Origin: Promethearchaeota archaeon
GTDB lineage: Archaea > Asgardarchaeota > Lokiarchaeia > Sigyniarchaeales > SOKP01
DNA length: 64,000 nt
Assembly (NCBI GenBank): GCA_048939995.1
Contig: JBHLOY010000001.1
Coordinates: 192,001 to 256,000 of the forward strand
Direction: 5' to 3'
Below the pieces are notes generated by a model that was not told the DNA's origin, searched no databases, and saw nothing but the letters and a program-made list of their open reading frames with translations. Shown piece by piece: positions 19,926-29,887 of this stretch. The first letter of the stretch is position 1. Each line of letters starts with the position of its first letter. A program made the translations under genes and the position numbers.

Positions 19926-21476
19926 TCAACTTTTAAAAGCTTTAAAAGCTTTTATACGCTTTTGACAAGATTTGCAAAGGCCACATGGTTTATCAAAATC
20001 ACCGTAGCAACTCCAAGTAAGATCTACAGGAACTTTCATTTTTAAGGCTAGATCAATTATTTCAATCTTATTCATTCCAAATAAAGGAAAAATTAATTCA
20101 ATACGTTGTTTGTCTAGCTTATGTTTTGATTGATTTATCAATTTTAATAGTTGCTTAAAATAAGAAGGAGTTGCATCTGTAAATGTATTTATATCTTCCT
20201 TTATATGGCCGCCAATAACATAATTACAGCCGTAAATTTCCGCAAAATAAGCAGCTGTTGAATAAAATAAAAGGTTTCGTAAAGGTATGAATCCTTCTGG
20301 CGCATTTGTAGCCGATGGTATAGGATATCCTTCTAAACGTAAATCGGTTGCTTGTTGAACAAAAGGAAGCGGAACCTCGATTAATTCTACTCCTGAATAC
20401 TCTGCAATTTTCTGAGTGGCGACTTTTTCTTGTGTTGGTCTCCATTTATAATTAAAGGAAAGAGCAATTATTTTATACCCTTTCTGTAACGCCCAGAATA
20501 ACGCTGTTGCAGAATCTAATCCTCCAGATAATAAAAGAATTGCTTTCTTATCGTTATTATCAGCTCTTAACGATAATTCAGCTTTAACAGCTGCACTTAT
20601 TGCATCCTTGATTGGTGAGATTTGAAATCCTAACGCACTAGCAGTGATGCTTCCATCCATTAAGAGATCGCATTTCATAACATCCACCATTTCTTCACAA
20701 ATTTCTAATATTTCGGGGGCTTGCTCATAAGATATAAATTCAAACCTAGGTGGCGGGATATTCAATCCAATTTCCTTTATTATTTCGACAACCATATCTG
20801 CAATACTAATCATATTAACAGTTTGTAAACCTACAAGGGAATAAATTGAATTATCATTTCCTTTACCATCTGCAGCTGCCAAAAATGCTTTCATAGCATT
20901 TTCAATAAAAATAGGTTGCATAGGTACTTTACCATCTCCAGCTATTTTTACAACCCCATCTCCAATTTGCTGAACTAATTCAGGAATGAGTTCATCCTTG
21001 GGTCCTAAAATATAAGAAGGGCGAAATATGACATATGGTACTTTTCCATTGAATAATTCCATTTCAGCCCTCCTTTTTGAATGAAAATATTCATTGTTAG
21101 CCCACTCTACTTCACCATATTTATCGACTCCTAACCCTGAAGGATAAACTATTCTGGCAACATTTACTTGTTTTGCAGCTTCAATAATCTTTCTTATCCC
21201 TTCAACATTTACTTTTTCAAAAAGTTCTTTACTTCCACATACGATATTAGCAAAGTGAAGCACTGCCTTACATCCCGTAAATGCTTCTTTTAATTCTTCT
21301 ACATTGAAACCTTTTATAAGAAAAACATTTGCTCCTAATTTTCTGACAAGTTCCAAAACAACTTCTCTTCTAACAATAGCATTAACTTCCCAACCAGATT
21401 TTATTGCTTCTCGAATAGCATTCTGTCCAAGATATCCATTTGCTCCCATTATTGCTAATTTTCTTAGTTTACTCAT
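19926..21476 (-). CDS. queC: Fusion of atypical SDR/NAD-dependent epimerase (N-terminal) and 7-cyano-7-deazaguanine synthase QueC (C-terminal)
   Basis: N: GANGYLG, YFHSK, FRPSYILG. C: LLLSGGLDS, IPLRNLLF, TWSCY...PCGLCKSC. Confidence 0.85.
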   Translation of the reverse strand: MSKLRKLAIMGANGYLGQNAIREAIKSGWEVNAIVRREVVLELVRKLGANVFLIKGFNVEELKEAFTGCKAVLHFANIVCGSKELFEKVNVEGIRKIIEAAKQVNVARIVYPSGLGVDKYGEVEWANNEYFHSKRRAEMELFNGKVPYVIFRPSYILGPKDELIPELVQQIGDGVVKIAGDGKVPMQPIFIENAMKAFLAAADGKGNDNSIYSLVGLQTVNMISIADMVVEIIKEIGLNIPPPRFEFISYEQAPEILEICEEMVDVMKCDLLMDGSITASALGFQISPIKDAISAAVKAELSLRADNNDKKAILLLSGGLDSATALFWALQKGYKIIALSFNYKWRPTQEKVATQKIAEYSGVELIEVPLPFVQQATDLRLEGYPIPSATNAPEGFIPLRNLLFYSTAAYFAEIYGCNYVIGGHIKEDINTFTDATPSYFKQLLKLINQSKHKLDKQRIELIFPLFGMNKIEIIDLALKMKVPVDLTWSCYGDFDKPCGLCKSCQKRIKAFKAFKS

Positions 21477-21650
21477 AAATATCCTCTTATTGCTATATTC
21501 GTCAGATAAATTTATATTTAATTTATATATTTTAAAAATTAAATTACAGCTTTTCGATTTATAATCTTTAAAGATAAAATATAAAAGGATTCAAATGAAA
21601 TTCAATGCAACTCTTTAAAATTCAAAAAACAACCTTTAAAATTAGGTCCC

Positions 21651-22106
21651 ATGGGATATAAAGTAATTATTAATTCAACTAAAATTAAATTCAGTGCATG
21701 TCATTTTTTAAAAGAACCTTTAAAATGTTCAAGGCTTCATGGACATAATTACTATGTGTCAGTTGAATTAGAGGCAGAATTAGATGAAAATTATTTTGTA
21801 GAGGATTTCATCAAATTAAAGAGTAAGGTTAAAGAAATTGTCAAACCATTAGATCATTTCATTCTAATTCCCGAAGAATCTCCTGATTTTAATTTTAATA
21901 GTGATCAAAATTCTTTAGAAGTTCTAACGTCAAATAAACGATATGTTTTTCCAATTTCTGAGGTTGTATTTTTACCAATTCCTGCAACTACCAGTGAATT
22001 ACTAGCTAAATACATCTATGATAAAATTAAAGAACATTATAAGAATAAGAAAGTCATTGTTAAGTTAGAAGAAAGTAAAGACACTTTAGCTGTTTATCAA
22101 GATTAA
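21651..22106 (+). CDS. queD: 6-carboxytetrahydropterin synthase QueD/PTPS
   Basis: FSACH, CSRLHGHNY, LDH, TSELLA. Confidence 0.9.
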   Translation: MGYKVIINSTKIKFSACHFLKEPLKCSRLHGHNYYVSVELEAELDENYFVEDFIKLKSKVKEIVKPLDHFILIPEESPDFNFNSDQNSLEVLTSNKRYVFPISEVVFLPIPATTSELLAKYIYDKIKEHYKNKKVIVKLEESKDTLAVYQD

Positions 22107-22110
22107 AATA

Positions 22111-23217
22111 CTATTTCTCTATTATTGTTTCTTTTATTTTCGTACCAAAATGAGTTGCTCCTGGTCCAAGATGGACTAAGATTTCATCTCCTACTTTGAT
22201 ATCCACTACTGATATCGCATCACCATTTGAATCTACTAATCTAATGGTTTCTGCATTTTGGCATACACAACTTATGGAAATTTTTTTGGAATTAATCTTG
22301 GTTTCTAATTCAAATCTCAACATAGGGCGAGTTTCGATTTTAACACGTCCAACAGAAACTATCCTCCCTATTCCATCAGTATTAACAACTAGTACTTTAT
22401 CTCCCCCTTTTATTTCGCTTAAGTATTTAGTTTTAAATATTTTTGTGTCATCTCCGGGTACTAAAATATAGGCAGAAACATCACCTGCATTTACTCGAAA
22501 CGGTCTGGAGCTCACAAATTTCGTATCTATAGTTTCTGAGTGAACTAATACAAACCCTTGTGCAGTACTTCCAATCAGCATACCCTCCCCTCTTTTTAAG
22601 AGAGAAGTAGTATCAACACAAACTCGATCACTTTCCGGAAAGTTTTGAATTTTAAGAACTTTCGCTAATTTTAATTCTATTTTAAAGCTTGTATTTAAGA
22701 ACTTCTTTAATTTAATTAAATCTCTTACTTTTTTGGGAGTAAACATAATCCCGTTGACGCCAGTTTCAAGAGTTTTTAACAACAGTTCTGCGTCCTTAAT
22801 ATCATCAACATGAGCTATTAATTCAACATTACTCGACTGAGAAAAAGAAATCAAATTTTCAAAGGGAATGATTTTCCAATCAGTGGCAAAAACAACAATA
22901 AAATCGAGATTTTCTTCTTTAATTAAGGTTTGAATTTCGATTTCATCTTCTTTTGAATTTAAGATCTTATAAAACCCTCTTTTTTTTAGAGGGTGTTTCT
23001 CGTTATATTTTTGTAAGGCAGTCTTAGAGTCAAATAGAACATATTCTGAGAAGTCCTCAGGGGATTTAGAATATAAGATAACATGCTTAAGATTTTTGAA
23101 AAAATTGATTGTTTCAGCTGATATCAAAAAGTTAAGAAAATTTTGATTGAGAGCTTCTTGAACTAATTCTTTGAGATTATGAGTTTTTTGTACAAATTTT
23201 AGAATTACTTTTTTCAT
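22111..23217 (-). CDS. aroB': 3-dehydroquinate synthase II (archaeal AroB')
   Basis: DWKIIPFENL, DRVCVDT, RPFRVNAG, GRVKIETRP, QNAETIRL. Confidence 0.93.
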   Translation of the reverse strand: MKKVILKFVQKTHNLKELVQEALNQNFLNFLISAETINFFKNLKHVILYSKSPEDFSEYVLFDSKTALQKYNEKHPLKKRGFYKILNSKEDEIEIQTLIKEENLDFIVVFATDWKIIPFENLISFSQSSNVELIAHVDDIKDAELLLKTLETGVNGIMFTPKKVRDLIKLKKFLNTSFKIELKLAKVLKIQNFPESDRVCVDTTSLLKRGEGMLIGSTAQGFVLVHSETIDTKFVSSRPFRVNAGDVSAYILVPGDDTKIFKTKYLSEIKGGDKVLVVNTDGIGRIVSVGRVKIETRPMLRFELETKINSKKISISCVCQNAETIRLVDSNGDAISVVDIKVGDEILVHLGPGATHFGTKIKETIIEK

Positions 23218-23368
23218 ACAACACCGATAAATTCTGGACTATGAAAGATTTATTGCTAAAAAATTTTATAATAATAATATTCTAATAAATTTTTAAGTCA
23301 AAAAAATCATATTTAATATAAAAGAGAGAACATTAATATAAACTTCTAAATAGAGTTGAAAAAAGCAA

Positions 23369-24019
23369 GTGGGCCTAAAGAAAAAATTATTCCCCCGGAA
23401 AGGTAAAGAAAAAGACGAGTTAGTAATAAAAGCTAAATCACATATTCGCAAAATTGCATTAGCAAATAAAACTTATAATCAGAGATCTGAAATTGCGAGG
23501 AAAAATGCAAAAATTGCATTAAAAAGGGGTGAACGTGATAGGGCAAAAAATTATTTGATACAATACAAACAATATCAGCAAAAAGTTGATCGAGCAAACA
23601 ACATTAGAGCCAAAATAGAGCGTCAAATCGAAGCTATTGAAGAAGGCCAAATGATTTCCATGACTGGAGATTTAATGGGAGGGATTAGAGATGAACTCGA
23701 AACTATCGCTACAAAAGCGTCGCCTACTAAGATTGCAGAAATAGCAGAAGATTCTGAGGCTTATGTTGCAGAGATTGAGGAATCTGCTGATATATTAGCG
23801 GGTGATCCAGAAATCGATTTAGCAATTGATGTTACAGATGAGTTAAATCAACTTGAAACTGAAATGTTATTAGAACAAGGAGGTCAAATGCCTGAAGTCC
23901 CTATAGACGATCTTCAGTATATCTCTGAATTTGATATCGAAGAGGAACCCGAAATTAAGACTAAAGCAAAACTAGAAGATGAAATAGAAAAGTTAAGAAA
24001 AGAACTAGAAGGCGGTTAA
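23369..24019 (+). CDS. ESCRT-III / Snf7-family protein
   Basis: Basic N-terminal helical hairpin ('AKIALKRGERDRAKNYLIQYK..') and acidic C-half ('DVTDELNQLETE...MPEVP'). Confidence 0.82.
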   Translation: MGLKKKLFPRKGKEKDELVIKAKSHIRKIALANKTYNQRSEIARKNAKIALKRGERDRAKNYLIQYKQYQQKVDRANNIRAKIERQIEAIEEGQMISMTGDLMGGIRDELETIATKASPTKIAEIAEDSEAYVAEIEESADILAGDPEIDLAIDVTDELNQLETEMLLEQGGQMPEVPIDDLQYISEFDIEEEPEIKTKAKLEDEIEKLRKELEGG

Positions 24020-24032
24020 ATATTTAATCTTC

Positions 24033-26135
24033 TTAACTAAAGTATCTTCTTTTATCAAATTCCCGATTAGATCTTTTTAGATATTCACTTTCTTTGATTT
24101 CTTCCTCTAAATTCTCTATTTTTCTATCAATTAAATAGATTTCTTTTTGTAGGTTTTTGAATGTCCTGAAATAATCTATTTCAGAAATTATTCCTTTATC
24201 GAATTTTGAATCTAATGTTTTTAGGGTTTCTTCAAGGCTATATTTCTCTTTTTCCAATTCCAACATTTTTTTTCTTTTAGATTTTTCGTATTTAGATATC
24301 TGAGTTCTTGGTTTGTAATCTGTTTGAGACAAAGTATAATTTGAGTTAAATAAATCTGATAAATGATTCCTTGCATACTCTCGATATACCGGCATTGCAT
24401 TTACTTCGTTATTTCTAGAATTTAGTTGCATAAGTAATTCACTATCTATGTCACGATTAGCTTCATTTAGAGGTCGCAATATTGGTTGATTTTGGCGTTG
24501 TAATTGCTCTAATCTTCTCATTAAAAAGTTTTTATCTTCAATATCAGGCAAACTATTATAATAAGGATCTTCATAATTTTTTGGGCGATAATTTTGGATG
24601 CGATTAGGATTGCAAAAGTTTTGAAGAAAGAAGTCATTTTCATTATAATTTGGTGGAAGATATTGTTTTAAGGCATTACTATAATATCTTATATCACCAG
24701 GGGTTTGTATTTGGGAATTAGTTTGATAAAGCGCTGGTTCTTGAAAATTAGTATTATAATAATTATAAAATCCTTGAGGGTAAATCGAAAAATGTGGATT
24801 CCTGTCAAATTGTTGAGGATTTTGGTTTACTCTTGTATTAAATTGGAATTGTTTTTGAGGAAAGTTAAAATTCTGAGCAAAAGGATTGTCTACTTTTTGC
24901 AAGTTATTGAAAATGCCTTTATGCTGTATATTATTATACTTACACTTTAAACTGAAAAAAGAATTAATTGCTTCTTCAATATAATTTATAAGATCTGTAA
25001 AATCTATATCGATTTCATACAGTATTTTTGCCGATTGCTCATCATAGATTACGCATTCATCGAAATTTCTTGCTAGAAGTATATAATCCATAACTTTCGT
25101 AAGAGCGTTAGGAGGAAGTGTGAATTCATATCTACCGTACTCAAATTCTACATACAATTTTTTAAATAGCTTTCCCCGAATTTTTATTCTAGTTAAATCT
25201 TTTACTGGAGCTTTAAAGATAGTTTTTTGCTTTTTTTTTATTTTTCCATAAATTCGTACAAAAGATAGATCAAAATTGGTTATAAACAAAATTCCTTTAT
25301 TTTTCTTAAATTTATCTTGGTTATTTAAACCATTTGTTAATTTAGCAAATATAGAGTATACTGGTTTTTCTTCCTCTGCTAAATTCAAATGTTTTTTGTA
25401 CGAATCAAAAAGACAATTAATCTTATCAATGAAATAGAGATTTTTTTGAATAGGTTCAATACTATTGGTGATAGTGATTAAGTTATTGGTGATAAATTCA
25501 TTAATAGAATGATAATTTGTGTTTAAATTTTCAAAAATTCCTTCAATAATTTTTACATTTGAGTTTGGTTGGTCATAAATATTAAAAAAATATTCTTTAT
25601 TAAGAGAAAAATGATGAAAAAGAATACGAATTTTTTCAAGTAGATTTTCTTTAGCATAGATATATAATTTAAATAAAGATAATAAATCAGATTCCATATT
25701 AGGGTAATGGTAACATCTAATTGGAGGTGCTCTTGCTCTTTCAATCTTTTGCCTTAATAAATATAAATTATTGAGACCATCTCTTAAGGGATCTACGAAA
25801 TTCCGAGCATCCTTGATTAAATCTAAGAATTTCTTTTCCAATTGTTCTTTTTTCTCATAGATGTTAATAATTTGATGAGAGTGACATTTAGGACAGGATT
25901 TTAATTGTTGATTAATTAATTTTATATTCTCTTTCTCACAATTTTTACAGACTTTCTTTTTCCCAGAATCTAAAATTTCAATATTTTTTGAATTACAATC
26001 TTGACAAACATAAAAATCATATTTTTCTTCATGCAAACAATCATTGCAACAACTAATACCACATTCTTCACAATAATAAGCTAGCTTTACATTCCGTTGA
26101 CAGAAACGACATATTTGTATATGTTGGTCTAACAT
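24033..26135 (-). CDS. Multidomain protein: Zn fingers, coiled coil, PH/GRAM-like domain, Q/N-rich linker, steadiness-box-like C-terminus
   Basis: Six N-terminal Cys pairs; 'KGILFITNFDLSF...PVKDL..I'; 'LEETLKTLDSKFDKGIISEIDYFRTFKNLQKEIY'. Confidence 0.65.
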   Translation of the reverse strand: MLDQHIQICRFCQRNVKLAYYCEECGISCCNDCLHEEKYDFYVCQDCNSKNIEILDSGKKKVCKNCEKENIKLINQQLKSCPKCHSHQIINIYEKKEQLEKKFLDLIKDARNFVDPLRDGLNNLYLLRQKIERARAPPIRCYHYPNMESDLLSLFKLYIYAKENLLEKIRILFHHFSLNKEYFFNIYDQPNSNVKIIEGIFENLNTNYHSINEFITNNLITITNSIEPIQKNLYFIDKINCLFDSYKKHLNLAEEEKPVYSIFAKLTNGLNNQDKFKKNKGILFITNFDLSFVRIYGKIKKKQKTIFKAPVKDLTRIKIRGKLFKKLYVEFEYGRYEFTLPPNALTKVMDYILLARNFDECVIYDEQSAKILYEIDIDFTDLINYIEEAINSFFSLKCKYNNIQHKGIFNNLQKVDNPFAQNFNFPQKQFQFNTRVNQNPQQFDRNPHFSIYPQGFYNYYNTNFQEPALYQTNSQIQTPGDIRYYSNALKQYLPPNYNENDFFLQNFCNPNRIQNYRPKNYEDPYYNSLPDIEDKNFLMRRLEQLQRQNQPILRPLNEANRDIDSELLMQLNSRNNEVNAMPVYREYARNHLSDLFNSNYTLSQTDYKPRTQISKYEKSKRKKMLELEKEKYSLEETLKTLDSKFDKGIISEIDYFRTFKNLQKEIYLIDRKIENLEEEIKESEYLKRSNREFDKRRYFS

Positions 26136-26325
26136 TGTAATTATTAAACCTAATTTAATTTATCAAAAAACCAATTTTTGATCGCTTTATCAAGAATAGT
26201 AGATAAAATGTACTACTAAAATAAGTATGATATACTTATAATATTCAAATAATATAATTTTTGAAATATTAACTAGTGTGGATTAAATACTGTAACTTGT
26301 CATAGAAGGAATATATTAAGATAAT

Positions 26326-26589
26326 TCATTTTACAATCTTCACTGTTGTACCAAGAGCTTGGCCTGGAACTCCTGCTTTTTTAAAATGAGCTCTTACAGC
26401 TCCGTTATTTCCATGAGAGCGCGTTATTATTCCTTTTAATTCTTTACCAGTAGGACTTATCCAGACTAATATTCTTCCAACCAACTTATTTGCTTCATTT
26501 TTAGTTTTGATGTGTGGAAAAACTATTATACAGTGCTTAGGATGTATCTTGTGGCGACCCCTCTTATAATTAGAGATTGTTCCTTCCAT
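26326..26589 (-). CDS. rpl35ae: 50S ribosomal protein L35Ae; probable start ATG at 26589
   Basis: 'GTISNYKRGRH...A.KLVGR...GIITRSHGNNGAVRAHF...PGQALG'. Confidence 0.95.
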   Translation of the reverse strand: MEGTISNYKRGRHKIHPKHCIIVFPHIKTKNEANKLVGRILVWISPTGKELKGIITRSHGNNGAVRAHFKKAGVPGQALGTTVKIVK

Positions 26590-26793
26590 ACCTAGTATTT
26601 CTAATTTATTTAACGTCAAGAAAAAAACCAATTATAGCCAAATTAATATTTAGAATTTTTAAAAAAATAAAAAATTTATGTATCTATAGTCTCAATTAGT
26701 TATTTGTAAAAAATGCTCATAATCAAGTTTTAATAGAAATTATTTCTAACTAAAATTATAGTCAATTAAATTGACTGTTGAAAATGTGGTATT

Positions 26794-28587
26794 TTGCATA
26801 ACGAGAAAAAAAAGTTATGGATTTTTACATTCGAATATGCTGGTATAGTGAAATTTGGTGGTTTAGGGGAGGTACCCGCAAATCAAGCTAAACATTTAGT
26901 TGAAGATTTTGATGTTACAGTACTTTTACCTTCTCATGGGCAATTAGAAAGATTGAAAGAGAATTTGGAATTCAAAAAGTTGCCAATTACTTGTATCGGT
27001 CTTATAGAACCATCTAATTTTGGTATTATGGAGCCGGAATCAAGTTATTGTATCTCATTTTATAAATTTAAAATAGATAATGTGAATATCATCCTAATTT
27101 CTGGGGAGAATTCCTTTACTGCGAGATTTTTAGATGATAAGACAGTTTATAATCCTAATACGATTAAGGGTAAAATTTGTTTTTTTAGCCTTGGAATCAA
27201 GTGTTTAATAGAATATTTAATTGATAAGGAAAGAAGAGATTTACCTAATGTAATTCATTTACACGATTATCATGTCGTTTTACCATTTATAAGTATTAAA
27301 CAAGTATTAACTAAGAATGCTTTAGAAACCGCGTCTTTACTTACTATTCATTTACTAACGTGGCCTCGATTTGACTTTAAATTTTATGAGGTATGTGGTA
27401 TTGATGAAACCCCAATAAAAGTACGTTTATCAAATGGATTAAAATCCCTATCTCTAACTGAAATTTTTGCTTTAGATAGGAACACAGAAATTATACCTAC
27501 TGTAGAAAAGGTGGGTGCTCTAGTTTGTGACTTGGTGACAACTGTAAGTGAGTCCTATTTAATTTCGGATATAATTCCTAATTGCGGGCAAAATTTAATT
27601 GAATTTAAGTCTGATTTTATATGGGATGGTTGTGATTGGGATTATAATATCATACTGAATGATGTACTCCAAAGCTTAGGTAATGAGATTCATGATATAC
27701 TTAACATTCATTTTGGTAAAAGTCTTAGGCGAGAAGACTATAAGAAGTATCTACTTGAATACAAAATACAACATTTAAGTGAAAGCCCGCTTATTAGTTC
27801 TCAAAAAGTTTTAGAAACTATAAATAATGTTTGTGATGGGATTACTTTTTTTAAAAACGGAGAAATTAAGGCTTTTTCTGAAACTGGTCCATTATTACTC
27901 ACTACAGGCAGAATTTCACCACAAAAAGGATTTGAGACTATTTTTAGGTCAATACCAGAGATAATTAAAGCAATTCCTAACGCAAAATTCTTATTTTTAG
28001 TCCTACCAACTGATTATAGCCTTAATGAAATTAAACTTTATGCGGATAATGTTAAAAAACACCCAAAGAATATAAGAGTAATTTTTGGAGTTGCTCCTGA
28101 GATATTTTATTTAGCTCATATAGCTGCAGATGTTTACGCTGCCCCTTCACGATGGGAACCTTTTGGAATAATGGCTTTAGAAGCAATGGCATCTAAAATT
28201 CCTATAATTGCCTCGAAAGTCGGAGGTCTGCAAGAAACAATAGTAGATATGAGATCCTTTACTGAAATAGGGACAGGGGTCTTAATAGAGAAGGATAATC
28301 TAACCCAGTTCATCAATGCCACGATATCTCTTTTTAAAGCCGCCGAAGTAGCTTTAAAAGTTAAAGGATCTGAAACGAATACGATTTATGATTCAGACAT
28401 CTTAAAGCTAGTGAATGAAATACCCGATGAGATCATAAAGTCTTGTGTTTTATTAAATCCGAATTATTATAATGTTATTAGAAAAAATTGTCTAAATAGA
28501 GTGAAAAACCACTTTACTTGGAAGATAGTTTCTAAAAAATTAATTAATTTATATTCTCAGATTCAAAGCTTGCACTCTATTTTTTAA
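26794..28587 (+). CDS. glgA: Glycogen synthase (GT5/GT-B)
   Basis: KFGGL ADP/UDP-glucose motif, HLHDYH, TTVS.SY, GRISPQKG, PSRWEPFG. Confidence 0.85.
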   Translation: MHNEKKKLWIFTFEYAGIVKFGGLGEVPANQAKHLVEDFDVTVLLPSHGQLERLKENLEFKKLPITCIGLIEPSNFGIMEPESSYCISFYKFKIDNVNIILISGENSFTARFLDDKTVYNPNTIKGKICFFSLGIKCLIEYLIDKERRDLPNVIHLHDYHVVLPFISIKQVLTKNALETASLLTIHLLTWPRFDFKFYEVCGIDETPIKVRLSNGLKSLSLTEIFALDRNTEIIPTVEKVGALVCDLVTTVSESYLISDIIPNCGQNLIEFKSDFIWDGCDWDYNIILNDVLQSLGNEIHDILNIHFGKSLRREDYKKYLLEYKIQHLSESPLISSQKVLETINNVCDGITFFKNGEIKAFSETGPLLLTTGRISPQKGFETIFRSIPEIIKAIPNAKFLFLVLPTDYSLNEIKLYADNVKKHPKNIRVIFGVAPEIFYLAHIAADVYAAPSRWEPFGIMALEAMASKIPIIASKVGGLQETIVDMRSFTEIGTGVLIEKDNLTQFINATISLFKAAEVALKVKGSETNTIYDSDILKLVNEIPDEIIKSCVLLNPNYYNVIRKNCLNRVKNHFTWKIVSKKLINLYSQIQSLHSIF

Positions 28588-28657
28588 AATGGATGATCTA
28601 CTTAGTTTTTTCAAATATAGATTTTAATGTATAATTTCTTTTAATAAACTAATTAAA

Positions 28658-29887
28658 TTGTTAGTAATTTTTATACTCAAATATATACTGGTAGAGACCT
28701 TGATATTATCTAAAAAATCTATAATCCTAATTTTATTCTCAATCTTTTTTATTAATACAGCAGCTATAATGGCTTTTACTTACGTACCTCAATACTTATT
28801 ATTACATTTAGGTACAGGGAAACCCTTAATGCAGCTTATAATTACAATTTTTCCCTTAACTGCTTTCATTTTTCCCCCATTATATGGATTTTTTTCTGAT
28901 AAAATTCAAAATCGTTTTATATTTATGGTTTTTGGAACCATTGGAATGAGTTTTTCTTATTTATTCCTATTACTGACTCAAAATTTATTATATATAGTCA
29001 TACTACTATTTATATTTGGTTTTTTCATGGCATCATCCAATTTGTTTATGACTTTATATGCAGAGTTAGTAAAAGATGATAAAACACTCATTTCTTATTA
29101 CAATGCTACAATCGTGGCTGCTTGGTTTGTTGGAGCTCAATCTGGTGGGATTTTTATTAGTTTTTATAGTATTGAAAATCTATTTTTATTTATATTTATA
29201 GTCTCTATCCCTGCTATCGTAACTGTAGTGTTTATAAAGGAGAATAGGTCTAAAATATTAGAAACCTATCAAGAAAAAGAGAAGAAAAGGACTAGTGAGC
29301 TTGTTTTCAATAGTACTGAAATAGAAAAACCCATTTCAAAATCTGTGTTTTTTGGATTATTTTTCAGAAATTTTAGTATCAAACCTATTATGCCAATCCT
29401 TGCTGTGATTATGAGTTTTCATTTAGGAACTTATACAGAAATTGGATTTTTGATTGGTATCAATTTCCTATTACAATTTTTTCAAATGTTATTAGTAGGA
29501 AAGATAATGACGATTAAAAATATCAAATCATTCATGATTATTGGGTATGTGTTAAGTGCAGTTAGTATTTTTGGGTATATTATTTCAACTAATTTTTGGA
29601 GTTATTTATTTTCTCAATTTTTGGTCTCCTTTAGTTATTCCCTGCATTGGGCTGCCACTATCACATATATCGCTCAGAATACGACTCCAAAAAATAAAGG
29701 AAGATATATAGGTTTAGCTAACACGAGTGTCTTTTCAGGAAGTTTTCTAGGAGGGATATTATTTAGCGTCTTATTATTAGCTTATAATTCAGATTATTAC
29801 ATTGCTATGTATTTTATGATAATATTTCCAATAATTTCCACATTTATTATAATTTTTAAATTTCGATTAAAAGATTCATCTAATTAA
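28658..29887 (+). CDS. MFS transporter
   Basis: 12 TM; 'GFFSDKIQNR', 'PKNKGRYIG'; start probably somewhat downstream. Confidence 0.85.
   Translation: MLVIFILKYILVETLILSKKSIILILFSIFFINTAAIMAFTYVPQYLLLHLGTGKPLMQLIITIFPLTAFIFPPLYGFFSDKIQNRFIFMVFGTIGMSFSYLFLLLTQNLLYIVILLFIFGFFMASSNLFMTLYAELVKDDKTLISYYNATIVAAWFVGAQSGGIFISFYSIENLFLFIFIVSIPAIVTVVFIKENRSKILETYQEKEKKRTSELVFNSTEIEKPISKSVFFGLFFRNFSIKPIMPILAVIMSFHLGTYTEIGFLIGINFLLQFFQMLLVGKIMTIKNIKSFMIIGYVLSAVSIFGYIISTNFWSYLFSQFLVSFSYSLHWAATITYIAQNTTPKNKGRYIGLANTSVFSGSFLGGILFSVLLLAYNSDYYIAMYFMIIFPIISTFIIIFKFRLKDSSN

Noticed and set aside
19926-22106. Dpd or QatABCD-type anti-phage system based on QueC
   Set aside because: No dpdA/TGT paralogue, TatD, KAP ATPase or other defence genes are adjacent, so a housekeeping preQ0 context is more likely.
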